From contig OX597822.1 in assembly GCA_951406725.2 (NCBI GenBank), positions 59,396,001 through 59,460,000 of the forward strand: a stretch of 64,000 nucleotides of DNA. The letters are read 5' to 3'. This document shows positions 25,357 through 38,172 of this stretch, piece by piece. This DNA is from Octopus vulgaris (lineage: Eukaryota). The position numbers and the translations under genes are program-made. The notes under the pieces are model-generated. The model worked only from the letters and a program-made list of their open reading frames with translations. It was not told the origin of the DNA and did not search any database. Each line of letters opens with the position of its first letter. Within the stretch, counting starts at the first letter, position 1.

Positions 25357-27330
25357 CTAGTCTTGCCGGGTCTTCTCACGCACAGCATACTTCCATAGGT
25401 CTCGGTCTCTAGTCATTTCCATGGTGAGACCTAACGTTCGAAGGTCGTGCTTCACCACCTCGTCCCAGGTTTTCCTGGGTCTACCTCTTCCACGGGTTCC
25501 CTCAACTGCTAGGGATTGGCACTTTCTCACACACCTATCTTCATCCATTCTCGCCACATGACCATACCAGCGCAATCGTCTCTCTTGCACGCAACAACTG
25601 ATGCTTCTTAGGTACAACATTTCTCTCAGGGAACTAACGCTCTGTCGAGCAAGTACACTGACATTACACATCCATCGGAGCATACTGGCTTCATTCCTCA
25701 TGAGCTTACGCATGTCCTCAGCAGTCACGGCCCATGTTTCACTGCCATGTAGCATGGCAGTTCGAACACATGCATCATACAGTCTGCCCTTTACTCTGAG
25801 CGAGAGGCCTTTAGTCACCAGCAGAGGTAAGAGCTCCCTAAACTTTGCCCAGGCTATTCTTATTCTAGCAGTTACACTCTCAGCGCACCCACCCCCACTA
25901 CTGACTTGGTCACCTAGATAACGGAAGCTATCAACTACTTCTAATTTTTCCCCCTGGAAAGTGACGGAAGTTGTTTTCTGCAGATTTTCGGAGGTCAATG
26001 CTCCCGAGCATCTGCCACATATAAAAACTATCTTCCCAGTTAGCCTACCTTTGACATTGCTGCACCTCTTATGTGTCCATAGCTTACACTGGGTACATCT
26101 TATAGAGTTTCTACCTACACCTTTTCTACAGATCGAGCAGGGCCATCTTCCTGAGGACATTTGTGGATTGCCTACCTTTCTACTTATTAGTACTTTGGTT
26201 TTAGCTAGGTTGACTCTAAGGCCCCTCGATTCTAAACCCTCCTTCCACACCTGGAACTTCTCCTCCAGTTCTGATAGTGACTCAGCAATTAGAGCGAGGT
26301 CGTCAGCATAGAGGAGCTCCCAGGGGCAACCTGTCTTGAATTCCTCTGTTATTGCCTGGAGGACTATGATAAATAGGAGGGGGCTGAGTACTGAACCCTG
26401 GTGGACCCCAACCTCTACTTTGAATTCTTCTGTGTACATGTTGCCAACCCTAACCTTGCTTACGGCATCTCTGTACATGGCTTGCACAGCCCTCACCAGC
26501 CATTCATCTATCCCTAGTTTCCTCATTGACCACCAGATGAGGGATCGGGGGACCCTATCAAAGGCTTTCTCCATGTCAACGAAAGCCAGGTACAGGGGCT
26601 TATCTTTGGCTAGGTATTTCTCCTGCAGCTGCCTTACCAGGAATATAGCATCAGTGGTGCTTTTCCCTGGCACAAACCCAAACTGCATCTCATCTAAACT
26701 AACTCTCTCTCTAATTAGTTGGGCTATGACCCTTTCCGTAACCTTCATTACCTGATCCAACAGCTTGATACCTCTGTAATTATTTGTATCTAGGGCATCA
26801 CCTTTACCTTTGTAGCAGTTGACTAGTACGCTGCTACACCAGTCATTGGGTATGACTCCTTCATGTATCACCTGGTTGACTATACGGGTGACTAGGTTAT
26901 AGCCGACACTGCCAGATATTTTGAGCATCTCTGCAGTAATTCCTGATGGGCCTGGGGCTTTCCCTGTCTTCATGCTTCTAATTGCCTTAGCTACCACGGA
27001 ACTATCAACTCGGATAGCTGGTCCCTCTGTTGGGTCAACATTCGGCAGACTCTCTTTATCCCATTCATTTTCTTTATTCAGCAACCTTTCATAGTGGCAT
27101 CTCCAAACCTCTCTCTTTGCATCCTCATTTAGCGCAAGTGAACCATCATCCATGCGAACACACTTCTCTCCTACCACATCACGATTCTCTCTCACACACT
27201 GTCTTGCAACACGAAATACCTCAAGTCTTTCATCCTCACGGCGCAGAACATTGGCAAATCTTTTCTTATCCGCTTCCCCTCTGGCTAAATAAACCTGTCT
27301 CCTAGCTTCCCTTCTGGCTGTCTGATACAA
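25357..27330 (-). CDS. RTE LINE reverse transcriptase (657 aa open segment) with PHD-like zinc finger
   Basis: KAPGPSGI, QFGFVPG, FVDMEKAFDRV, GVHQGSVLSPLLF, LLYADDL, YLG, RLRWYGHV, RGRPRKTW; in frame with upstream 27373-27860 across one TAG. Confidence 0.9.
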   Translation of the reverse strand: MYQTARREARRQVYLARGEADKKRFANVLRREDERLEVFRVARQCVRENRDVVGEKCVRMDDGSLALNEDAKREVWRCHYERLLNKENEWDKESLPNVDPTEGPAIRVDSSVVAKAIRSMKTGKAPGPSGITAEMLKISGSVGYNLVTRIVNQVIHEGVIPNDWCSSVLVNCYKGKGDALDTNNYRGIKLLDQVMKVTERVIAQLIRERVSLDEMQFGFVPGKSTTDAIFLVRQLQEKYLAKDKPLYLAFVDMEKAFDRVPRSLIWWSMRKLGIDEWLVRAVQAMYRDAVSKVRVGNMYTEEFKVEVGVHQGSVLSPLLFIIVLQAITEEFKTGCPWELLYADDLALIAESLSELEEKFQVWKEGLESRGLRVNLAKTKVLISRKVGNPQMSSGRWPCSICRKGVGRNSIRCTQCKLWTHKRCSNVKGRLTGKIVFICGRCSGALTSENLQKTTSVTFQGEKLEVVDSFRYLGDQVSSGGGCAESVTARIRIAWAKFRELLPLLVTKGLSLRVKGRLYDACVRTAMLHGSETWAVTAEDMRKLMRNEASMLRWMCNVSVLARQSVSSLREMLYLRSISCCVQERRLRWYGHVARMDEDRCVRKCQSLAVEGTRGRGRPRKTWDEVVKHDLRTLGLTMEMTRDRDLWKYAVREKTRQD

Positions 27331-27372
27331 TTCCCTGCTACCACCGTTCTTCCAGTCCTTCCAAGCTTGTCT

Positions 27373-28130
27373 CTATTGTCTGATAGCCCTGTCAACCACA
27401 GTGTTCCACCACCATGTAACTCTGGGTTGAGATGGTACTTTGCTCCATCCACAGATCTGGTCAGTGGCTGTCAGCAGATTGTCCCGTAGAAATCTCCAGT
27501 TGTCTTCCACATTAAGTGAAGCTATGTCCCCTTCTATTTCGTCAAAGGCTTCGAGTAGTATGTCTCTAAATCTCTGTCCATTTGCAGGATCTTTAAGCTT
27601 CCAGACCCTTCTCCTCCAAGCAGGTCTTCTTCTGGGCAACCATTTAGCTCTGATCCTGAAGTCGCTAACTACTAATCTATGTTGAGGAGTGCATTCTTCG
27701 CCTGGAAAGGTTTTGGCATTTATAATCAGCCCTCTTTCCCTTTTTCTGGCAAGGATGTAGTCAATCTGGCTGGTGTGTCTGCCAGAACGGTAGGTGACTA
27801 GGTGAGAGGAGAGTTTCCTGAAGTTGGCATTGCAGACCATAAGGTCATTTGCATCGCAGAACTCGAGAGCCGAAACCGTAGCCTCCATGGACGCCATGGA
27901 AGCCCCCGACATGCCGTCCGACATGTCCATTGAAATCACCTGCCACGAAGAGAAGGTCACTGTCATTTGTCAACGAGGTAGTTCGCAATAGGGTGTCATA
28001 GAATTGGTCTTTTTGTCCTTCCGGTAGCCCTGGTTGAGGGGCATATGCCGAGATGATGGTAACTGTCCTGTGGTGAAGGACTAATCTAATTTTAATTACT
28101 CTGTCACTTACTCTGACTACCTCAATTACC
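27373..28130 (-). pseudogene. RTE APE endonuclease region, disrupted
   Basis: ISAYAPQPG, GDFNGHVG..HGGYGFGSR, a short deletion/frameshift near 27865, EFCDANDL, SQIDYIL; nonsense TAG at 27373-27375. Confidence 0.85.
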
Positions 28131-28226
28131 TTACCTTACCTCAATTACCTTACATATAGTATATTATTCAATGCATATAAGATAAGAATACAAGTAGTTA
28201 TTAAAAACATGAATATAGATTATTAA

Positions 28227-28353
28227 AATCACTTACAGCTGTTTCAGACTATCGAAATAGCAACTCATTGTGCCTATATTAGTCAAGTGTATTGAGGTGG
28301 TAGGCAGTTAAAAATGAGGTACTTATATATATCCCTAGGCCTCGTCAGCGATT
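28227..28353 (-). ncRNA. Hammerhead-like motif with long stem II loop
   Basis: Minus strand AATCG-CTGACGA-GGC...GTCT-GAAAC-AGCT-GTA-AGTGATT; palindromic stem III ACAGCTGT. Confidence 0.45.
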
Positions 28354-28408
28354 ATAAAGTACAATCATAAAAATATAAATATATACATGAAACAAAATAC
28401 ACGCACAA

Positions 28409-28473
<65 letters not shown>

Positions 28474-28490
28474 TAAACATACATATATAC

Positions 28491-28531
<41 letters not shown>

Positions 28532-28658
28532 TAGATAGATAGATAGATAGACATAATTGTATATACATACAAGCATATAGACAATTAATTATATATACTG
28601 GAACATACATATACATCCGTATCCATGAGTACACATATATTTAATTATTATTATTATT

Positions 28659-28779
<121 letters not shown>

Positions 28780-29019
28780 TTAGATTCTGTGTATTCTTCT
28801 ATTCACAATACCTAGTATAAGAAATTAAAATATTGAATATACTCTAATATGATATAAACAGATATTTATGAAAGATGTAAGCTTATCAATTTTATAATCA
28901 CAGTCAATATATTCATATATCATACAGTTAATATATAGTTATTTCATTATTGTTCTGCATATACATTTGTACATGCGTGTAGGTAACAAACACATGCATA
29001 TGCATATATATACCTACGT

Positions 29020-29445
29020 ACAAACAAGGACAGACAAACAGATTAAGTCGATTATATCGACCCCAGTGCGTAACTGGTACTTAATTTATCGACCCCGAAA
29101 GGATGAAAAGCAAAGTCGACCTCGGCGGAATTTGAGCTCAGAACGTAACGGCAGACGAATCCCCGGTCAGCATTTCGCCCGGCGCGCTAACGTTTTTACC
29201 AGCTCATTACCTTCCAGCAGATAATGATAATAATAATACTTTCTACATTAGGTACAAGACCTGAAATTTTCTGGAAGGGACTAGTCGATTACATCGTGCC
29301 TAATATTTCACTGGTACTTAATTTATCAACCCCAAAAGGATGAAAGGCAAAGTCGACATCGGTGGAATTTGAACTCGGAACGTAAAGGCGGACGAAATGC
29401 CGCTCGACATTTTGCCTGACGTGCTAGCGATCCTACCAGCTCGTA
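29020..29445 (-). mobile_element. SINE family B copies
   Basis: Two reverse cores. Confidence 0.8.
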
Positions 29446-30298
29446 AATACTTATTTTAATTGAGGAAGTCACATCTGTGTAAATGTGTAAATGTGTCTTT
29501 AAATCATTTCTTCGTAGACACGGATGCACCACACACACACACACACACACACACATACATATACACGCTGACACACTCATACACATACAGACACTCAAAC
29601 GTCAACGCTTTACAGTTTTCCTTCGAGATAATGAGGTTGGTGAGATGTTAGTAAAGCAGGAAGCAGTGTTTCGACTCACCTCTTTCCAGTCGCCAACAAA
29701 CAGGCGTGGTAGGCTCGAAGGTGATCAATAAGTAGATAGATTTTATAACCATAAGGAGTGGCATCACTTAATACTGTCGATTAGTTCAAAGAATTAATCA
29801 TTGCAATGATGATGCAAGAAACGGTGTAGGATGAGTTAGTATATCCGACAAAATAACAATATCTGTTTTGTGATATTTAGTCTGGCAGGATGGGATGGAA
29901 TAAAATGATGTAAGCATTGCACTGTGAATACACTGTATGTTTAGACATTACTTCATACAGATATTATAAATCTTGGTTAGATACGTAGCTGCAATTATGA
30001 TTAAGAAAATAAATTACGGATGCAAACTTATTCATCCTAACCCAATATTTTTAATGACTAGTCTTTTGTTTAAAATTTTAAAAGCCATTTGTCTGGAAAA
30101 TATAATATAATAGAAAATGCTTTCGTCATCAAATGTTTATGTTACACCTCAGTCAAACAACACTTTAATTCACTTTCATGTCGTTATATAGATATTCTGA
30201 CGTATTAAAAAAAATTACATTAAACACTCGTTGTTTGTTTTCAGCCACAAACTGATAAGAACTTTATGTTAAAAAATAGCAGACTATAATCTAACACA

Positions 30299-30475
30299 GG
30301 CGCAGGCGTGGCTGTGTGGTAAGAAGTTTGCTTCCTAACCACATGGTTCGTTGTTCAGTCCCAGTTCCGAGCACCTTTGGCAAGTGTCTTCTACTATAGC
30401 TGCTGGCTATCACAAAGCCTCGTGAGTGGATTTGGCGGACGGAAATTGAAAGAAGTCCCGTTATATTTATATATA

Positions 30476-30515
<40 letters not shown>

Positions 30516-30720
30516 TATTTGTATCTGTCTTTGTCCCCTCACTGCTTGCTAGCCGGTGTTGGCTTGTATATGACCCTGTACTAAGAGGCCCGAAAATGGA
30601 AACCGATTAATTAACTGCAATGCTTTAAAAAAAAATTAGTACTGGAGTCGACTTGTTCGACTTAAACCCAAAATATTGTTCCATCATGGGCGCGGTGGAT
30701 GACTAAAAAGAAGCAAGCGA
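30299..30720 (+). mobile_element. SINE family A, diverged
   Basis: Head GGCGCAGGCGTGGCTGTGTGGTAAG and body. Confidence 0.8.
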
Positions 30721-31589
30721 TAACAGATATTATCTCTTCTACTCATATATAGTTGGCCAGTATTACTTCCTTTATTACGTATTATGAAATCATCATGAAA
30801 AGTACAAGAGAACCACACATGTAATAAACTTCAAGGAGCTAATGTACGAACACAAATAAACAACGAACAGACATTCAACATCATAAATGTAATATAGGAC
30901 AACAATATTAGCCGCAACAAGCAACCAATTAGAAGCACCGCCAGGTCATTGGATGACGTTAGCGGTGTTCACTCTGTTGCAAGCATTAGGACCCACCCTC
31001 CAGTATACCTCAAAGGCTGCTTGTTTGGTTTGCAGACATTGACCTACAACTGTTCAAGTTGAGCATCAGCAGCGTCGATCTCATCTTCTTGGAGATAGGC
31101 CAACGAAGGTCATGGGCAATGTCCCCTTCCATCTGACTAATTTATAAGAAAAAGAGAGAAAAAAGTTAAGGAAATAAATAAGGTATTAAAAAAAAATTAG
31201 GAAAGTAAGCACCATAGACAGAGAATAGCACTTATTTTTCTATTGTTTAGCGAATTATTCTCGGTTTACCATTATATTTGTGATTTCAAAAACAATGAAA
31301 AGTTGAGTCAAAATAATTATCAAGGACAATGAAATGAAAGCATTGGACACCTGCCAGTAACATGTGTAGTTAACAATTAAGCTGATACAAGAGTTTGTGT
31401 TTGTTTGTTGGTGTGTGAGTGTGTGTATGTGCGTGTGTATTGTTGTATGTTTATGTATATATATATATATGCATATATACATATTCATATGTAAATATAT
31501 ATTCACACACGTATACAATATGTATGTTTATATATATTTATGATGCAAATATATACATACATACACATATACATAAATACATACCTACA

Positions 31590-31640
<51 letters not shown>

Positions 31641-31649
31641 AAGCATAAA

Positions 31650-33190
31650 TACAATATAGTTTCTGATGAGCAGGCAAGTAGAACAAAAAAAAAATGGAAT
31701 ATCGGGATGCCCAAAACACCATAGAAATATTCTGTTTCTCCTTTATGACTGCTGTAGTCCCTAAAGGTGGCAAGATTACTGCCATTGAATGTTTCAGAAA
31801 GACCTGGTCTACAATCCGCACACTGGTAACTCAAAGTCAAATTATATCTCTGATATTATAACTATTTTAAAGGAAATATTTCAAGGGAAGTTTGTTTGTG
31901 CTTGTGTTTATTTTGGAACTGGATTCACTGTCATTTCGTTGCTAATAAATCCACAGATTATGTCCTGGGTTTTACAACAGCAGGAGACACTGATGTAACC
32001 CCTAGTTTCTTTTTTGACGGGTTTAAAATCTATGATTAGAATATTTACCATAATGAGAAAGCTAAATTTAGACTCAGCAATTTCTGCTGATATAACGATG
32101 GAGTTTAGCCAAAACAAATATTTATATTTGGCAATTAAACGTGGAAAATAGTTTCCAAAACACCATCGCTTTGAATCAGTGGTCTGTCTATTTCCTTTGT
32201 TCCACAAATGAGTGATACAGGTATCTAGGTACTGATGAAAATATATCATATCCGAACTAAGTGTAATCAAGGAACATTATGGTAGACTAAAAATATCAAA
32301 AGCAAGAATGGAAACATCAAAGTGCTCATCTTATAAGATATTATTCCACAATACATTTGCAACACCATACAAATACCGACATTTAAGATTCTTGACTGGT
32401 CAATTGAAAAAATTCAGCCAAGACATAAAAAAACTCGCAAGATCCTGACTTCGAATAGAAATTACCACAGAAACTGTGATATTAGTAGACTTTATCTTTA
32501 AACAAAAGAAGACAGAAGTGGTTTGTTGTTAGCGTAGACGGCGTTTGAGTTTCGTATATTATCATTCAAACAGCATTTGTTAAACTACGACAGAAAAAAT
32601 AAATATCTCAATCAAATCTTCAAAAGCACTCAGAAGTGAATAACATCATGAGGGCCGGTAGTAAACTCAAGAAGCACTCATTTTCTGACGACCTCCAATT
32701 GGAAGAGAAACACTCGGCGTACAACAAAAAGATTATGTATGGATATGTTTCCCACAAACTGAGATCGATGATAATATTAACGCGAAGTGTAGCCTCACTC
32801 GGACTCGAGACCATTGAATCACGTCATATTTCGAAGGTTACTATTTTCAATGGATAACCCGGAAAAAAGTTATGAAATATTTAATGAACAAATGGAATAG
32901 TGAAGATGTAACTCTCAAGATGTAATAGAAAAATGTTGCTTTTATACGGAGAACATAACATGTAATCAGGAGTTGTCCCAAAATATCATGAAGGTGCAAC
33001 ATCCTGTAGCTACATGATGGTGTTGCTAAAACAACATGCAATGTCATCTGCGGAGAAGACACTCAAAATATAAATATAGACAACACCTTAGTTATTTGAA
33101 TACACGAAAACATATCAATACAGGGAATATTGAGGCAGCATCCCTATAAAAAAACCTCTACCAAGTTCATGCAAAACAGGCTGGCTAATG
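31650..33190 (+). mobile_element. Highly degraded R4/Dong-like non-LTR retrotransposon
   Basis: IKKTRKILTSNRNYHRNCDISRLYL (LDxKTRKxL..HxxxDxxRLY) and HVIRSCPK..LHDGVAK (CCHC followed by RHD). Confidence 0.55.
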
Positions 33191-33417
33191 CGCATTGCAA
33201 ATACATTATGCAAGCAGAGCTGTAAAAACAATGCAAGATTTTTTTCGACATGTAGCGCGTATTATAGCTGTTATCCAGATTCCGGCGATGGATCTTTGTT
33301 TCTTCATTAAAACAAGTTCCTTCCTTAAAACCAGTTCCTTCCTTCCAAGAAGAATTCTAATATAAAAAGAATTACACATAAACACTTGCATGCGCGTACG
33401 CGTGCAAACATATGTAA

Positions 33418-33492
<75 letters not shown>

Positions 33493-34749
33493 TACACACA
33501 TGCACATACACATACACACGCGCACACACATGTCTATACAATATAGCAAGGAAAGCAACATTCATAGCATAGTAAGAATTGTGTCTCAATGATTAACTTT
33601 TCATTCTACAGTGTCCAGACGATACTTCAATCTGAAACAGTTACTGTATTACATAGCACAAGTGATATGACCCAACCTGAAATACTGCTCATAGAAGTAA
33701 ACGATACCGGTACTACGATTACAAATTTATTAAACCTCATCCAGTAGAGTCATAAGACTGACTGGCAGGGACTTACTCATCAACACGTGGCCAACTTTAG
33801 CACTGCTTGTTATGCCTGCCTCTCCTCTGCTTTAACAACGACTCTTGCTTCTTATGATTAGCTAAGTTATATACAGCCTTCACATTAACTGCATGAATCT
33901 CAATAATCCCGTTAGGCTAGCGAAGACCAATGGGGCGCAATCTCTCCCCTTCTTTCTGCCTAAAACCATAAAAATTCTCATGTACACATATACATACACA
34001 TAAGTACAATTATGTATGAATAAATGCAATCATTCTAAATAGGTGCATGCAAGCATATATACGTGCATGCATACATACATACATACATGTAAGTATACAT
34101 ACATGCATATATGTCGTAATGGTTATACTATAAGAGTACGGGAACAACTAAGTACTCTCAGATTCAAATTTAGGAATTTTGGTGAAATATTTCAATAAAA
34201 AGAACAATTCAATGCAGAACAAAAGATCTAATATTCTTCTATGGGACAGAAAACAAAACCCATGAACTGTTTGTTGATGTAAATTAATAAACAGAATACC
34301 ATCTACATACACAGAATATTGTCTCCTTTGAATGAAATTCGTTGGTGAGTGTGATATTTGTGTTGATGTTTTGCTGCTAATTTTTGTTTGTAAATAAACA
34401 CTATGACAATTATTTAAAGCATAAATCATTATAAAAAAGCAGCGCTTGAAGATATTTTCAGGTTTTGAGGGGTTTTCCATTGATGGATTGGCAGAGCCGT
34501 TACAGCGTAAGTCGGCATTTGGACTCTTTACATTCTGAGTTCAAATCCCAATTATGTTAATTTAACTATAATCCCTCCAGGGTCGATATGGTAAAGTATC
34601 AGTTAAGTTCTGGGTTCAGTGTAACTGACTTACATCCTCTCCCTAAATTTGAGGCAGTGTCTAAGAAACACTAGCAAGAATATGTATGAAAAGCCAAATT
34701 GACAATATTAGTTCAAACATGAAACATTAGAGTCAAAGATGGACATGAT

Positions 34750-35106
34750 TCAAATTTTGGCACAAGGCCAGCAATATCGAGGGAGTGGTAAGTCGATTAC
34801 ATAGATCCCAGTGATCAACTGGTACTTATTTTATCGATCCCAAAAGGATGAAAGGCAAAATCGAACCTTGGCTGAATTTGAACTCAAACCGTAATGTCGG
34901 GCGAAATGCCGCTAAGCATTTTGCCCAGCGTGCTAACGATTCTGCCAGCTCATCTCCTTCACCCTACCGTGTATTAATTTCAAATTTTGATACAAGGCCA
35001 GCAGTTTCGGGAGAGAGGTTGAACCGATAAAATCGACCCCAATTATTCAACTGGTACTTATTTTATCGATTCTGAAAGGATGAAAGGCAAAGTCGATCTC
35101 GGCGGT
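34750..35106 (-). mobile_element. SINE family B copies
   Basis: Reverse cores GGATGAAAGGCAAA.TCGA. Confidence 0.8.
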
Positions 35107-35531
35107 ACACACTTGATGACAAAGGGCAAGTTGAGAGTTTGAAGACAAACTTGAATAACACTGAAATTATGAAGATCAAACAAGTGAATAATAAAAATGT
35201 AATATTGAATAACTGCACACTAGAAAAGGCAAATAACTGTATAGATCCTGTGACAGATCTTCCAGAAAGTGAATTTAATGAAAAAATTTAAGAGCCAAAT
35301 CATGAAACCGGAATACTTCCTCATGTGTGAAAACTACAGAAGCTATAATTAAAAACGTAAATTTAAAATCCGGATAGAGATGGTGTAATCTTCGAAGTAG
35401 CTGTCTGTAAATACTTTTCGCTTTTCAGTCATTTTGAAAGAATGTTTACATCCGCAGGTCAAATGAACTCTAAAACAACAAATAATTTTCTTTTCTATTT
35501 TGTATTCCAAACAAAAATATTAGGTCAGGCA

Positions 35532-35573
<42 letters not shown>

Positions 35574-35753
35574 CATACATAAATATGTATGTATGCATAT
35601 ATATATATATGCATTTATATGTATGTATGTTTACTAATTTTGAAAGATATGTTCACATCCGTAGGGTAGTCGACCTCTATAACGGTGCATAATTCTTTTC
35701 TGTTCCAAATAACTATACTGGGCCGATTATTTTGGCATACATTGCACATACAA

Positions 35754-35811
<58 letters not shown>

Positions 35812-36065
35812 TCACACACACATATACACAGTAACACATACACTTACACACACACACATATACGCGTGTGTGTATATGTGTATGTATACGTACATATATA
35901 CAAGAGTTTGTGTGTGTGTGCGTGCGTGCGTGTGTGTGTGCGTGCGTGCGTATGTATGTTCGTGCCAGTGTGTTGGTGTGTGCATGATGTGTGTGTACAA
36001 ACCTATAAACCCATCCTGACAGTTTTATTTCTTTTTCGTTCCATATACATGTGCGCGCATCTGTA

Positions 36066-36545
36066 CGAGGTGATATCAAAAAGTTCCCGGACTTAATAAA
36101 TATATGCTTAATAAAAATAACACAGTTATTTAAGTTTTAACATAATCTTCTTCGCAATAGTCACCTTGCGCAGCAATACACCGGTCCTAGCGTTCCTGCC
36201 ACCTTTGGGATCCGGCCTGGAAGTTCTTTTCCGTAAGAAAGTCAAGGACCTTCTGCGATTCGCTCTGTTTCTCGACAATGGTGTTAAAACGCTAACCTTT
36301 GAGCTGCCTTTTCATCCTGAGTAAGAGACGGAAGTTCGTAGGTGTTAAATCTGGTGAAAAGGGCGGGTGCAGAAGCGGTACTATGCTGTTTTTGGCGAGA
36401 AACTCACGAGTGAGGAGAGGTCTGTGACAGGGTGGATTGTCATCGTGAAGAATCCAGTTCTTCGCGGTTCACAGATCCGGTCGTTTGTGCCGAATGTTCT
36501 TCCTCAAACGCTTCAAAACGTCGCATACACATATACACACACGCG

Positions 36546-36589
<44 letters not shown>

Positions 36590-37341
36590 CGCGCGCGAGT
36601 GTGTGTGTGTATGTGTATGTGTGTGTCTGTGTATATATGTGTGTGTGTGTTTGTGTGTATTTGTGTGTGTGTGTGTGCGCGTGTGTGTGTGTGTGTGTGC
36701 GCGCGTTTGTGAGTGCAATGTATGCCAACATAATCGGTCCAATATAGTTATTTGGGACAGAAAAGAATTATGTACCGTTATAGAGGTCGACTACTCTACG
36801 GATGTGAGCATATCTTTCAGAATTAGTAAACAAACATACATCTGATGGACTGGTCGGTCACGTGATCACGTGATATATATATACATATGTATATATGCCT
36901 GACCTTGGGGGTCGAATTCTTGATGCAGAATACCACGTTTCCAGGGGTGGCACTCGTGGCAGATCTCCCACATTGCTCCCACATCGCCCATTTTCTTCCG
37001 CTTTTAAAGCGCCCGTATCACTCGAAACATTGCGTACGATCCATTTCGTCGTTGCCGTAAGCTTGAAGCATGCTCAGTATCTCTGTAGCAGACTTCTCAA
37101 GTTTAAAGCAAAATTTCACATTGGTTCTTTGTTCCTGTCCATGACAAAATCGCTGACTACAGCATAACACGTGATCATAAAAAACACAAATGTCAAAACT
37201 TGCGAAGTAAACACAACGACATCCCTCGGTTACTACTAACTCTATGAAGGTTACTACAAACTCTCACTGCGCATGCAATCGTGTGCTGCCATTGGTTGGC
37301 GCGCTACAGAACTAGCCCGGAAAATTTTTGATACCACCTCG
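36066..37341 (-). mobile_element. Mariner (irritans-like) element, internally deleted and interrupted
   Basis: TIRs CGAGGTG(A/G)TATCAAAAA with TA flanks; [47 protein letters not shown]. Confidence 0.88.
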
Positions 37342-37774
37342 TATGCCTGTTTGTATATTTTATATTCGTGCATGTATGTGTGCGTGTGTGTGGGTGGGTG
37401 TGAGCATGCGCGCGCGCAAAGACAGAGAGCGATAAAGGAGAGAAAGAGGGAGATTAGAAACCAGAAACTTAAACCTCTGGCTAGATATTATCTGTAAGTG
37501 TTGATACATTACCTACTTAAAGATTGATTTGATAAGAACGGTAGAAAGGACATTTGGAAATAACAGGCGCAAGATGCTAGAATGAATGCATTCTTCAGAC
37601 CTTACTCCAGCTGCGTAAAACGTACAAAGAAATAAAGTTCTCCTAAAAGGCGTATGTGTCACACTCAAGATTTTTGGTAGGAAAATAACTCTATAAAGAT
37701 CCAAACCGAGGTAGATGTAAAAGAAATGCTACAAATTTTCTTAATGTTAATTTTTCCTTTTAAGATATATTTAA

Positions 37775-38172
37775 TTAGCAGTATCGCCCAGCGTTGCTCG
37801 GGTTTGTAAGGGAAATAACTATATAAGCATTTTTAGAGATGTAAAGTATAATAATCATCTCAACATGGCTAACCACAAAGGGAGGGGGTGTTACTGTAGC
37901 TTTTTACGTTCTGAGATTTAATAATAAATTTTTAGAGAGTTACTTCCCTTATATATGCCAAAAATGCATTAAAAATGGGAAAAATTGATGGTAAATTAAA
38001 AAAAAAATCCTAGACTCATCGTAGACGCGCGCTAATACCCAGAAGGGCTCGATATGAATCACGACTATAAGATACCCGATTTTGGTTAAACTGCACCGCA
38101 AAATGTGGGAGTAGTTAGGAATCTAAATCGTAGGAGACAGACAGCACACAACCTCACTTTTATATATAAAGA
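37775..38172 (-). mobile_element. Non-autonomous Helitron
   Basis: Minus strand A|TCTTTATATATAAAAG ... hairpin CCCGAGCAACGCTGGG ... CTAA|T; 5' 190 bp shared with 19595-19789. Confidence 0.8.

Larger units (their letters stand above)
24718..28152 (-). mobile_element. RTE-clade LINE, 5'-truncated, young
   Basis: APE endonuclease (GDFNGHVG, SQIDYIL, PQHRLVV) plus RT; 3' end CCCATGCTAGCATGGAAAGCGGACGTTAAAC followed by a (GAT)n tail. Confidence 0.95.

Noticed and set aside
25601-27685. Plus-strand ORFs of 81-139 aa
   Set aside because: Antisense shadows of the RTE coding region
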